DNA of 64,000 bases from Octopus sinensis (taxonomy: Eukaryota), in contig NC_043002.1 of the NCBI RefSeq assembly GCF_006345805.1, positions 54,188,001 to 54,252,000 of the forward strand, written 5' to 3'. Numbering within the stretch: position 1 is the stretch's first letter; each line of letters starts with the position of its first letter. Below the pieces are notes generated by a model. It saw only the letters and a list, made by a program, of their open reading frames with translations. It had not been told where the DNA came from and searched no databases. Both the position numbers and the translations under genes were made by a program. Positions 49,676 through 62,220 of this stretch are shown here, one piece after another.

Positions 49676-50655
49676 ACTTTTTTTATTCTACACTGAAATC
49701 TGACATTGAACTTTTCCATAAAAAACTGTATATTACACGCTTTTACTAAATATCTTATTCTGAAACAGAACACTGTAAAGGACTCTTACTTTTTTTCTTA
49801 TACACTGAAATCATTCACAAAAAATGAACATTGTATTCTAACCCAATTTTTCTCTTTTTTTGTTTAAAAAAAGAACTTTCACTCAATTAAATACACTCTC
49901 CCTTACTTAAATTATTTTGTCAGCATTTTCTTCATTTCCTTTTTTTATATATCACAACTCGTGTTCCGCATCTCCTTTTTTAAATATATATATATATATA
50001 TCTCGTGTCGTTGGGTTTTCCCACGCCTGTCTCCGCGGTACCACTCTTCCATCTTCCCCTCAGCTGGAGTCCTTTTTCCTTAACCCCCCCCCCTTTTTCG
50101 TTACACACACGCGCACACATATACACACCTTGCCTATATATATACATCACTCTTACACACATTCAATCTACTCATTAATACCACCACGACACTGGACACA
50201 CACACACACTACTACTCAACACACGCTGGCACGCTACATACGCCCCCACCCCTTCCCCTCCCTCCCTTCCTCCTTTTTCTTACTACTGACCTCCCTTCCT
50301 CCTTCCTTCTTTTTCTTAGTACTGACCTCGTCTGCTAGCTGACCACTAGTCTCGCCCTACCTCACACGCCTACACACAGACGCACACACTAACACACACA
50401 TATATTTTTTTTTGTTTTTTCATCTCGCCTCACACACACACATACACACACGCACATGCACACACTCACACATACACACACATCTGTTGGGTTACCAACC
50501 TTGTCTCCACTCTTTTGCCTTTAAAAACCCACTTTTCTCTTGTTATCGTCAACATCCGCCTTTCACCATGTGCAACTCGTAAACACCAGTCGTCTTTTTT
50601 CTCTTTCCCTGTTGCCCGCTCTGGGATCTTTCTTTCCTCTCTCTTCTTTCTTTAT

Positions 50656-50690
50656 GTTTCCGACGAAGAGCTCCGCTCGAAACGTCATAC
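50656..50690 (+). ncRNA. Degenerate minimal hammerhead-like motif (U4C)
   Basis: gttt CCGACGA a gagc tcc gctc GAAA C GTC atac. Confidence 0.45.
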
Positions 50691-50806
50691 CTCCCTGCTT
50701 CCATCTCCTGAGCGCCTATTAATAATAATACTGTAATTGTTCCTGTTGTTGTTGTTTTTTTGTTTCCCTTTTGGATTAAAATTATATATATATATATATA
50801 TATATA

Positions 50807-51235
50807 GGGAATTTGGAGGGATATTTTATCTGGGCGGATACTGTATTATCTCTCGGTTAAGTTCCAGTTAACAGCCAACTACAATGATCAGTATCTTACG
50901 TCTGTGTATACATTTAGTTGTTAGTAGCTCCATGAATTCTTCTGATGGTTAATTCTGTGTACTCTTTGCTGGACAGTGAAAATTGTCTGGAGTATATATC
51001 ATTATTAATAATAAAGAGTATGGAGACTTGTACATCCACAAAAATTATTTTATAGTTATATACAGCATATTATAATGACCTACAAGTGTTTCTGCTACAG
51101 CGACTACTCATTTTGCAAATGCAGTCTTGCAATATTGTCAATGCAGCTTCATCAGGGTTGTGGTTAGCTGTTAACTGGAACTTAATTGAGAGCTAATATG
51201 GTATCTGCCTGGATAATATATTCCTCCAAACTCAC
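50807..51235. mobile_element. MITE with about 85-bp imperfect TIRs
   Basis: gggaatttggaggg...gttaagttccagttaacagc (from 50807) versus gctgttaactggaacttaa...cctccaaactcac (to 51235). Confidence 0.7.
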
Positions 51236-51249
51236 TTTTATAATAATTG

Positions 51250-54200
51250 AAGTTTTTTAACAAGCAAATAAGGCAGAGTACCAAAGAATGGAGAAAATAA
51301 GCATCAACACTTCTTTTAACACATTAGTGCCCAATGTATGACAAATCATACGAAAAACCTTACCAAAGAAAAATAATTTTAAAACTCTTACCTCTCTACC
51401 TTTCATTTCAAAACCTATACCAATACAAACTTTAACAATTTCTCTAGTAACAACCCTTTCCTAAAAATAAGAAAATCAAAACAACACTCAAACACTGATT
51501 CACACCTGTCTAAAAATAGGAACCATCACCCCTACCAAAAAAAGAATACAGGACCTAACCCATACTTTGTAAGCCTCCAGTGATACAATATCACGAGTAC
51601 TCTAACTTCAAACAGAAAGGAAAAATCACTACCTGCAGGATAGACGTTGCAGCCTCCTCCCCCACATAAGGAATTACCAACAAAATTTTTGTTCCAACAA
51701 TCTATTAAACAACCATGCACAACCCGCAATAATTACCAACGACGGCCCCCTAAAACACCACATCCGAACATGGGATATCAGGACACACTTTTCAATACCG
51801 TTCCAAGAACTCACACCATAAATCACAACAGAGCACCCTGCAACAACAAGGAACAACTACATAATAGCTACTGCCTCAACCAGCACAATCATTTTTTAGA
51901 CCCAATACACAAAGACAGAGACACAAGATAGCACCAAACAGGCAGGAGGAACCAAAAGTGATAAAAATTATGAATCTAATTCACAAAGTACTAACAGCAA
52001 ACCAAATCAATATACTCTCCAAAGGGCCCAAGTTTACACCCACCTCACAACACTCCAACTACAATGATATGAAAGAAGACATCACGGAATTCTGTAGAAA
52101 ATTACGACTCGCTGAGGAGCTATACGACAAAAATGAGGATGAATCATTGGTCCGAAATAGAAGTAACTACACTCCCTCAAAAGATAAGAACAAAACTCTT
52201 GATCATTTCTGTGAACACATCTCGAATTACCCATATCAACATATGCACAAAAACAAACCAAACTTCAGCAAAAAAGAATGGGCTGAGCTGAACAAATTAA
52301 AAGATGACAAAACAATAACAATCAAAGGGGCTGATAAAGGGAGTGCAGTTGTCTTAGACCTAAAATCCATGTTAAACCTATACAAAGAAGGGCTCCCCAA
52401 CAAAGAATATGATTATATGACCAATTTCAAAAGTAAAACCAGTCAATTCTATGGTATTCTCAAGATATACAAAAGTGAGAAAATAAGTAACGCATGCAAG
52501 ATAGCTACAGACATAATAATTAAAGTCCCTACTCCGAATGACCTCAAATTGAGACCTATAATAGCAGTAACTTTTTAGATACCCTCTTAAAGCCATTCCT
52601 CAAGCATGTCAAAAGCTTCCCAGCCTCTCTGATTCCTTCTCTCCCTCTCTCTCTTGGTCACTGCTTCTTCTCTGATTCCTTCTCTCCCTCTCTCTCTCGG
52701 TCACTGCTTCTGTCCTCGCCTTTCACCCTCCTTGGTCCCCTCTCTCTCTTACCCTCTTGCGACTTGCTGCCTCAGCCATTCTGTTTCCATCGGCCGCTTG
52801 TTCAACATGTGTCTTATCACCAAAAAGGTAATTATTTTTCCACACTTGCTGATATTGTTTTTGTGTCTCTCTTTTTGTCTCAAAGCCGTAGGGCGCCTGT
52901 GTCATCCATGTTTTTAACCGTTACTGTCTCCAAAAAAGATTTTTCGTTTCATGTTCGTCTCTGTTGCGTTGCATTCTTTCCTTCTGTGGCTGGCTGATTC
53001 AGAGCGGATCTCAGAATTAAACAGCCGAAATCTGCGATGAGGGATCAGTTTCTGACTGAAGAATGAAGGCTTTGAATGACCCGTTTGTCTTTTTGTTCGT
53101 CCCTTCGTGTATTTCACGTTATTTATTTATGTAAAGGTTTATTATATAAGGGACAACATGGATATACTCAATCACCTTCCTAAAATAAACAAAAACACCC
53201 TACTAGTATCAATCAATGTAATCAACCTCTATTCCAATATGCCCCACAACCTAGGAATAGAGGCAATTCAATTCTGGTTCGAGAATTATGCCAACAAACT
53301 CCCACATCACAACAAAAAAGAATTCATGATAGAAGGGCTAAAATTCACCCTGGACAATAACTACTTCGTTTTCAAAGACAACTCCTACCGACAAAAATTG
53401 GGGACTGCGATGGGTACAAGAATGGCCCCCTCCTTTGCTAATCTAGTCATGGGATATCTAGAAATTAGTCTTTATCATAAGGTTCGAGAAAAATACGGCA
53501 GCCCATTCTCCCTCTACATAGAAAATAACTAGAAGAGATACCTGGATGACTGTTTCATTCTTTGGCATGAAAATATAGAGAAACTTAAAGAATTCCAAGC
53601 ACTTATAAATGGACTTGACGTAAACATTCAATTCATGATGGAATATAGCCATCAACAACTTCCCTTCCTCGACATCCTCATTAAGAAATCTAACAACATA
53701 ATAGAAACAGATATATACTATAAGCCTACGGACTCCAAGCAACATCTAACGTTCAACTCATGCCACCCCAGACACACCAGAATGAACATCCCCTTCAACC
53801 TAGCAAAAAGGATATGTACTATAGCTTCTAATGTAAACACCAGAGACACACGACTACATAAACTAAAGGATACACTCATCGCCAGGAACTACCCACCTTC
53901 ACTAATTGACATATGCTTTCAACGTGCCCTTCAACTCAACATCCAGGAATTCAGACATCCCAAATTAAAGAAGGATTTACAACCAAAAGCCCTACCATAC
54001 ATCTCCACACACAACCTTCTCAACAATGAAGCCTTCAACACCAGCCTTCAAAACATTCCCCTGCTAAAAAAGGACCACAGAATGAACTTAATTCTCCAAA
54101 CACACACCATCATAAAAAGCAAACGACAATCCAAATCTATGAAAAGTCTCTTAACACAAGCCTGAATATGCTCAACAACACAGAAGCCGTCAGTAAAAAA

Positions 54201-54620
54201 ATACGGAAGACCCAACTGTGGAATATACATCAATTTAATTGAGGGATCAGAGTTCTTCAAACAGGGACAACGTTCCACAGTGAAAAGCAACTTCACATGT
54301 GCTTCGGAGAACCTGATATACACACTAACCTTCTCTGGGTGTCAAGAGCAATATATAGGCCAAACAAAACACAGTCTACATAAAAGAATGGCTCTACACA
54401 CATCCCAGATCAAAATTTCCCAAAACAGAAAAATAGCATTCAGCCAACACATACACATTGGTGCAAATAACAAAAATCTAAGCTTCAGAATTTTTCCCCT
54501 AATTCAGGGACGATACAACCTGTAGCCAACGAATTAGTAAAGAGATTCTATTACAAAATACAGAACCCTTTTGAACACGTCTACAACAAATGACATATCC
54601 ACCACGGCCTTAGAATAACA
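51250..54620 (+). pseudogene. Penelope-like element E (relative of D), decayed, with an insertion at about 52620-53110
   Basis: IKGADKG, YGILKIYK, LRPII, GTAMGTRMAPSFANL, YLDD, KPTDSKQ, HPRH, YIGQT. Confidence 0.85.
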
Positions 54621-54949
54621 CAAACACACATGCAAATATTAAAAATGATACACTCAAGAGATTCCCAAGAATTCATTAAAAAACTGTACCAATCACTGCA
54701 ATAATCCATAACGAGCCACTTTTAGGTCACTTGACCATTTAACATCTTACTACTATCATACTACCTACATTCCTTCTTATTCACCCTTCTCTTCTTCTTC
54801 CTCTCCGCCACCTCATTCCTAACTGTACCACTATTGCTGTTTAGGATAACACCTACACAAATTTTATAAACAAAACATTCAAAAGAGATGTTTCAGGAAT
54901 TCAATCACTACTACCGTCCACAACAGGTCACTTTTACATATGATGGCTC

Positions 54950-56560
54950 TCCAGCCATTACTGCGAAGGTTGAGTAGCATCCCGAGAGAACCAGGACTAG
55001 AGGAGTTTGTTACAGCTTATGCAGATGATATCACTATCAGCATAACATCAGTAGCACACCTGCATGAAGTGGGTAAGACTACTGAGGCTTACAAGGAGGT
55101 GGCAGGAGCAAAGATTAACCAGGAAAAGTCAGTCGGCTTGCAGCTCGACACCTGGGTTGGCAAGTCGATGCCTTCAGACAGTGTTGTTGGGCGCTGGACG
55201 GAGGGACTGGTTAAGTTGCTGGGAGACTGGTTTGGACCAGGCCTCCAGATAGAGAAGAACTGGACGGAGGTATTGAGCAGCGTGGTTGCAGTAGTCGAGA
55301 CCTGGTCTTGGCGGTGGCTATCCCTGAAAGGGAGGGCAGAGGTGGCCAATGTGTTTATCGCATTGGTCATTACCTACTGCCTGACCGTCGTGCCCTGTCT
55401 GGATTCGTGGTTGACCAAGTTGGAGAGCCAGCTCTTCCGGTTTTTGTGGGAGAGCAAGTCGCCACTTGTGAAACGCTCTGTCTGTTGCCAAAAGCCTCTA
55501 AAGGGAGGTTTAGGGATGCCTTGGTTAATGATGTGCAGACATGCGTTGAGATTGAGGCACCTCTGGACTCTCCTGGATAGTGAACAGGTGTGGTCGCCGC
55601 TGGCCAGACAAATGTTCCCTGGGTTCAAAAGTTTTTGTGAAGAGGAATCCTGGTGTTCTCGTAGATCGAGGTTCAGTGAGTGGCATAAAGAGTGCCGTAA
55701 GGCCCTCTTGCTATTCCGGCACTCGGGCAATGCCAGCTGCAGGGGTTCCACGCGGTTTTTATATAGTGGGTAGATAGTCTAAATGCGACGATGGCCTGGG
55801 GTCGACTCTAGATCTCGGATTTATTCAACTGGACAGCCTGTTTTACCGTACATTCGGGTTGAGAACGTTGGACAATTTCCAAAAGTCCTTAACCTGGCAA
55901 TGCTACAGAGGTGCCTTGCTCGTTCGGGATAAGCTCGCAAGACATGGTGGACGTCAGTCGCCAACCTGTCCAAGATGCAGGGGGACAGGGAAACCGTCCC
56001 TCACGCCATTGTTCAGTGTCCGGAGATAACTGAAATGTGGGCTTATGCTGAACACCTGTTGTCCGGCGAAGGAAGAGTACAGCTGTCGACTGAGTCAATT
56101 ATAAAAACTGACCCACCGGGAGTTCTAACGAACGAAGGTAAGAACTTGCTTTCTCACAGTTGTAGCAATAGCAAAAGAGGCAGTATGGAAGACTAGGGTA
56201 AAAGGAATTAAGACAGACAACTTTATCTCTGGTCACAATTTACGATCTTTCTTTTCTTTTCATTTGAAAAGGAAGCTGTGGCTGGAGAAGTATCTGTCGG
56301 AGTGTACGTTCCAAAAGAGATGGAAGCATGTTGCACGAGTTGGGCGTGCAAGGAACCTTGTGAATAGACTGGTCAAAAAGAAAAAGGTACCAGCAGTACT
56401 CCAGACTGATGACGAGCAAGACTCAGAAACTAGTCTCTGGATGTGTCAAGGCCGACAGGAAGCATTGATGCATCTTAGGGCTAAATAGCAGTGGTGTGAT
56501 TCCCTTCATGGAACTGTCACGTTAAGTTGACAGTATACAACTGCTCTATCGTACCACTAC
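54950..56560 (+). pseudogene. L1/Tx1-clade LINE 3' fragment (RT C-terminal half + CCHC)
   Basis: AYADDITI, GAKINQEKS, LSLKGRAEVAN, LFRFLW, KGGLGMP; CPRC...ETVPHAIVQCP. Confidence 0.85.
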
Positions 56561-56609
56561 TGCTTTTATCTTTCTGAGATATTTGGAAATGTAATATTTC
56601 TAATTTATC

Positions 56610-57600
56610 GTCTAATAAGGATATTTTTGACAAAAATGCAGACTACTTTAATATGGCACTTAGTAAAGCTGGATACAAACAAAAATTGAAATATTATCCT
56701 AAAAATATGGGCATCAGATTCTTCAACATGATGTTTCCTATATTAGCAATGATTTTAAACAAATAGCCAGGAATACGAATAAGCATAGGGTAGGTAAGGT
56801 TAAATGTCCAAATGTGGAAAATGATATACAAAATATGAGAATCAATGTATTACTTCGTTCTTCTAGTCATCCTTATGTTATCAGGAATACAAATAACAGG
56901 ATAAAATAACAAACTCATTATATATTCAATAATGCTCGAAAATTTGAAAATTATGATGCATCTCCTGGTAAAAACGGCATTGTTTGATTCATAGTTCCAT
57001 TCACTAAGCAAATTAAGGGTAATTTGGTTGGAACCTTATACAAACTTTTCTCTAAACATTTTACAAAGAAAAATAGATATTATGATATTATTATCCCTAG
57101 GCTTCTTAGAATTGGTTATTCCATATCTAATAAATTTATGCCAGATCATATCTTCAATTAATGAAAGAAAATTATCTAATTTTTATAATAATTTTAACAG
57201 GAGTAAACACCATAAAATACTAATGGAATAAACTTTAGTAATGAAAGTAAATTTGAGACATCTAGTGTGCAAGGGGATACAAACCATGTTAAATCCCATC
57301 CTAACCTCTTGAATGTAGATAAAATGGCAAGTAGCAATTATACTGAATGTAATGATAAGAAACAGAGTAATAATATGAGTACTAATGAAAATACTTTTTG
57401 TGATTACAGGGTTAGAAGTTATTTCTTGCCAGTCGGGATACTTAAAACCCCAAGGTATGATTTTGCATCGATTTGTATTTACTGCAATATTCTCCTCATG
57501 AGAAGAATGAAACTATTGTGTTGTTTATATCTGTTATTTCATAATACAGTATATGATTATAGTACAGCAAATTTCTAACTTCGAAATTGCAATTGAGAAT
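56610..57600 (+). pseudogene. Highly decayed PLE of the A/B/C family (thumb + Asn-rich linker)
   Basis: NKDIFDKNADYFNMALSKAGYKQKL and FIVPFTKQI resemble KAEFYNAALSKAGY and WFVIPFGKQI of A-C. Confidence 0.65.
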
Positions 57601-57659
57601 TTACCAAAAATTTTTTTAATTGGGAATTTTATGTGTCATGTCGCCTGCAGATAGCGTTA

Positions 57660-58680
57660 TTGTAGAGGAAGAGAAGTTTAGGTATGAGTATGTTTGTAGT
57701 GAACGGAGGTGGTAAGAATGGAGTGAAGAATGCTGACCGAAATGTCAAGAAAGGAGACAGAGGTGTTGGAGATAGTGCAGGAGAAGTGGAGGGCAGGATG
57801 GAAGGATTTAACGAAAGAGAGGAAGGAGTCTAGATGTTCGCGGGAGAGTGAGGTGGCATTGATACAGTCGTCAATATAACGACAGTATAGTTCAGGAATG
57901 GGACCAGTGAAACTAGAGAATATTTGGGCCTCAACATAGCCAATGAACAGGTTCACATAGTTGGGGCCCATTCGCATTCCCATGGCCACTCCTGAGACCT
58001 GTTGGTAGAACTCGCCCGCGAATGAGAAGCAATTAAGAGAAAGGACAAGTTCGGACAATGAGTGTGGAGGTGTTGGGTTCGGGGTTGGGGCGGAGGTCGA
58101 GAAAGTGTTGAAGTGCACGCAGTCCTTCGTGGTGAGGGATGACGGTATAGAGGCTCTGGATGTCCATTGTAAAGAGGAGTTTGGAGGAGCCAGGAGGAAA
58201 GGAGAAAGAGTTGAAAAGCCGGAGAGCCTAGTTGGTGTCGTGGACGTGAGAGGGAAGAGACGCCACTAAGGGGGCAAGGACACAGTCGAGGTATTTTGAG
58301 ATAAGCTCGGTGGGGCAGTTACAGGTGGAGACGATGGGGTGGCCAGGGTTGTTGGGTTTGTGGATTTTGGGGAGGAAGTAAATGGTGGGGGTGCGTGGGG
58401 TTCGGACAATGAGGTTGGATGCGGTGTAGGGGAGACAGGAGGATGAGATGAGGTCGTGGACAGTAGAGGAGACCGTCTGTTGGTAGCTAAGCATGGGGTC
58501 AGAGGACAGAGGGGAGTAGAAGGAGGGTTAGGGTAAGGGTTGCGCGCCACACCACCACAGCTCCACCCTTGTCGGCCGGTTTAATGACAATGTCAGCGCG
58601 CCGTCGGAGGAAACGAAGAGCCAAGAGTTTGGCTGGGGAGATGTTGGGGCGGCGGTGGCACCTGGAAAAGTTGAACCACT
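57660..58680 (-). pseudogene. Neptune/Poseidon-type PLE RT fragment, minus strand
   Basis: IKPADKGGAVVVW, YFLPKIHKP..PGHPIVS, GVAMG.RMGPNY.NLF.GYVE, CRYIDD, FLD. Confidence 0.88.
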
Positions 58681-58711
58681 CCAACGCACGCTGACAAGCA
58701 CCCACGAAAAG

Positions 58712-58853
58712 TTGGACGGGTCAACTGGGGTCTGTGAAGCTGGAAGGCTTCGTCAGGCCCAGTCAGATCTGGCAGTGTTTCTACGGCTGGATGCCCTTCC
58801 TAACGCCAACCACTCCGCGAGTGTAGTGGGTGTTTTTTACGTGCCACCTGCAC
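58712..58853. mobile_element. Copy of the 3193-3383 repeat family
   Basis: ggggtctgtgaagc...ggatgcccttcctaacgccaaccactcc...tacgtgccacc shared. Confidence 0.8.
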
Positions 58854-58864
58854 GTATATATACA

Positions 58865-59997
58865 TATTTATTACACACATGTGAGTGAGAACACAGATAT
58901 TTTTGGTATCTAACATGTCAGATACTGCGAGCGCTGTCTGATTGGTCAATCCATGGTGATGACCCGAGGTCACGGTGACGGCACTACTTTTGTCATTCAT
59001 AAGTTACAACTAAACTTCATTCATTACTTTCACGAGCAGGTAGAATGTAGCCATGTAATTAAACAAACATACTATCTTTTTTATACCAGATATCACTTTA
59101 AGTCATATACACATAAAATATAAACATTTCTGGTGGTAATTCAATTTTTTGTTGCCAAAAAGATCACGACATATTTCGTCTGCTCGTTGATACTCTTGCA
59201 GTGCAGGTAGATCTATCAACAAGATGGCTACTGTTGTCGATATCAGGGTGAATGATTTTGTTAAGATTGATGGTAAAGATGGGGGAAGAGTGTTATCCGT
59301 TGTTCAACCTCTTGGAACATACAGAATGTTCAAAGTGAAGATCAATACTGGCCAAGTTCGACATGTTGCTGGATACAGGTTAACAAAGGTACCTGAAACA
59401 GTGTCATCGACGAGTGGATTGTCATCGAACCCTAGATCTAACATCCCTGATGAGGTGTACAACAAACTTTTACGTGACGATTTCTTTGATGAGAGCAATA
59501 ATGAACTTGAATTTCAACCGAGGCATGATCATTCTGGAATAGACAAATTCGTTCAAGGTAATCAAAATAAAAACACTCTTCGGAAAACAAACTATGATGT
59601 TAAACGATTGTTTGCTTTCATGGCGACATGCGTCCAATTGAATCTATCAACAAAAGTGAACTTTGTGACATTTTGTGAAAACTTAGCGCTATAAAGTCGG
59701 ACTATCTTCCTGCGGCATGACATCTTTTACAGTTACACATTGTAACATCACTGACGTGAAATCAAGCTGTATTCATGCGCGCTTCAACACGATGTGAAGA
59801 ATTTAGTTATTGGGTTAATAAAATATGGTCGTTTATTCGTGTGTAATAAATAAAATACCAAACTCATTCCCTATGGATACCGTATTTATTACAACTAGTG
59901 GCTTGTAAACGTATCTAACTCGCTTTCGCTCGTTAGATACGTTTACAAGCCACTCGTAATAAATACGGTATCCATAGGGAACTCGTTTGGTATTCTC
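58865..59997 (+). mobile_element. Internally deleted Crypton-like (tyrosine recombinase) DNA transposon
   Basis: 14-bp IR tatttattacacac/gtgtgtaataaata (58865-58878 and 59839-59852); 141-bp terminal hairpin with ACTCG-type bulges; truncated ORF with Crypton core-binding motif. Confidence 0.65.
59224..59694 (+). pseudogene. Truncated Crypton/DUF3504-family protein N-terminus
   Basis: IDKFVQGNQNKNTLRKTNYDVKRLFAFM resembles the N.NT..KT......F motif preceding the YR domain in Crypton/ZMYM/KCTD1-type proteins; catalytic domain absent. Confidence 0.55.
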
Positions 59998-60048
59998 TAT
60001 ATATATGCATGTATATATATATATATACATACATGTATATATATAATA

Positions 60049-61895
60049 TATGTACCCAAAAAGGATTTACAATACAGTCAAAGCACTAAACCTAAAGAAG
60101 AGACAAGCGTCGAGACTAAAACATATTTTAATGACGAACCTGAAGTCCAAGCTATACATACACCTTGCCACTAAAGAAAAGGAAAAGCGAGAGGCCCTCT
60201 CAAAAGTGAAGAACTTACTTAATAATCAAGAAATGAAACAGTTAAAAGAACTACTCCGTTGTGAATGTAACTCCGTATGGAACAGGTGCGTACAACACTT
60301 TGAAGAGAAACTAACATGGACGATACAAATACCATACATCCAGCCAACAACTTAACAGTTTGACAAAACTGAATCGATTGATGGGATCTCTATGAATGAT
60401 AAACCAGTAGATGATGACCAGCTAACAAGAAACGTAAGAGTGTACGGAGGAGTACAAATGGATACTGATGAACTCGCGGCCTTAGAACTCCCTCCAAAGT
60501 TCGCCACGTATAATAAGGTTAGTAAGATATCAATACTATCTGACATTGAAAAATGCTTCACCAAACTTAGATGGAGAACACACTTTAACCACAACCAAAA
60601 TCCTGACACTCAATACATGTCTGACTATAACCATTCCATACGTTGTTTCTATGATAAACGTGACATGTCATTTGACATGAAAAGGGTCTACCCTACCAAC
60701 TTACCCTTCAACAAAAGAGTATGCATGCCACCCTATACCGACGCTGCTTTGAAAGCAAAGTTTACCCTTACTAAATCCAAGCTTCTATCAGCTTTCTTTA
60801 ATTACACCCAAAGGCATATACAAGAACGATCAGTAAATAAGACCCACAGTCTTGACACCAAAATTAAGAAAGGCCTTAACAAATTAAAAAATCGTATCAA
60901 AAACAGAGAGATTGTATGCTTCCCAACTGACAAGTCAGGTAGAATGTCTGTTGACAACATATCTAATTACATTTCAAACATGCAACCACACATCAGAGAC
61001 ATGACAGAAACTACAACACTCGAATACATCAAAAACGAAAAAATCATTAATGCTCACATGGGGATGTGGAGTATCATTCTCCAGTCGGAGAAACGCACAG
61101 CAAACAACTTCTTAACCACCAACAATGAAATCCCACCCCTATATGGCCTTCGCAAAGATCATAAGAGCCACATGGATCATATACTTGGGCCACCCACCCG
61201 ACCCGTTTGTGGTGCCAACAATGCAAACAACCACAAAATATCATATTTTCTCTCACAATTCCTACGACCATTAATAGAGCTATCTGCGGATGTATGTGAC
61301 AGTACTGAGGACCTCCTTAGCAGGATCCGCAAATGCAACAACACGTGTGACCTCAGGAACCACATCGTAGGTAGCATGGATGTGGTATCACTATACCCCT
61401 CCATCGATGTAGACTTTGCTATCGACAAATGTATAGAAATAATTAGTGAGAGCAATATGATATTTAAAAATGTGGATGTATATGAACTAGGGCTCTTCCT
61501 GGCCCTAACGTGTACCAATGAATACCTGACGCACAATGACCTTCTGTATACTTGTCCCACCCGTAACAAACGAGGTAGACCACCTACCATTACCTCAGCA
61601 TACAGAAAGACTCACTGTGAGCGCTGGCAGGGCTGGATGAAGCCGGACTACCCACCTTCAAATGCACACATTAGAACTACCATCGCACATGCTATCGGTG
61701 TCAGCCTGAGAATTACACTTAAAACACATATTTTTAAGTTTGACAACAAACTGTATAAGCAGACGAAAGGCAGTGCTATTTGGAGTAGGGATCGCCGGTG
61801 ACGTTGCAAACCTCTTCATGGTATGGTGGGACAGACATTTTATACAGTGCCTAGCAACCCGTAACATCCACTTAGCAATGTACTCTCGTTACATC
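60049..61895 (+). pseudogene. Divergent Penelope-like element F RT, cut by an LTR element at the Y-I-DD motif
   Basis: LELPPKFA, IEK...KLRW, FPTDKSG, LYGLRKDHK, RPVCGA, SMDVVSLYPSI, YKQ..G.AIG...AG.VANLFM, MYSRYI then insertion. Confidence 0.8.
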
Positions 61896-62220
61896 TGTGG
61901 GATGACGTCAGCAGCGGGGTGTGTTGACCGGAAGCTGGGGCAAGCGGAAGGGGTCAGCCGTCAAGCGTGCGCAGGGGGCGAAAGTTGACCTTTCCAACGT
62001 GGGTCGTGCTGGCGACAAGACGTGCGAGGAAGTCGCTAAAGGGTTTGGGGCTAGCAGCTGCTATTGTTAGTGTTCGGGTAGGGCTGTGAGGAAGGACCAG
62101 CCATCTCTGGAGGATCTCCGTCACCACGAAGAGAAGGTAGGTGCCTCTATATTCAAATCGCACACACTCACTACAAGCTATTTCGGCAGTTCGTAAACAT
62201 TCACATTTTTTTTCAACACG

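Larger units (their letters stand above)
45031..49986 (+). mobile_element. Penelope-like element D (Neptune/Poseidon-type), 170-bp direct terminal repeats 45031-45200 and 49818-49986
   Basis: Direct repeats visible; long ORF between them. Confidence 0.88.

Noticed and set aside
62005-62020. tggcgacaag as PBS of Gypsy 2
   Set aside because: Not preceded by a CA LTR end and lies within the presumed LTR; boundary cannot be fixed without the 3' LTR
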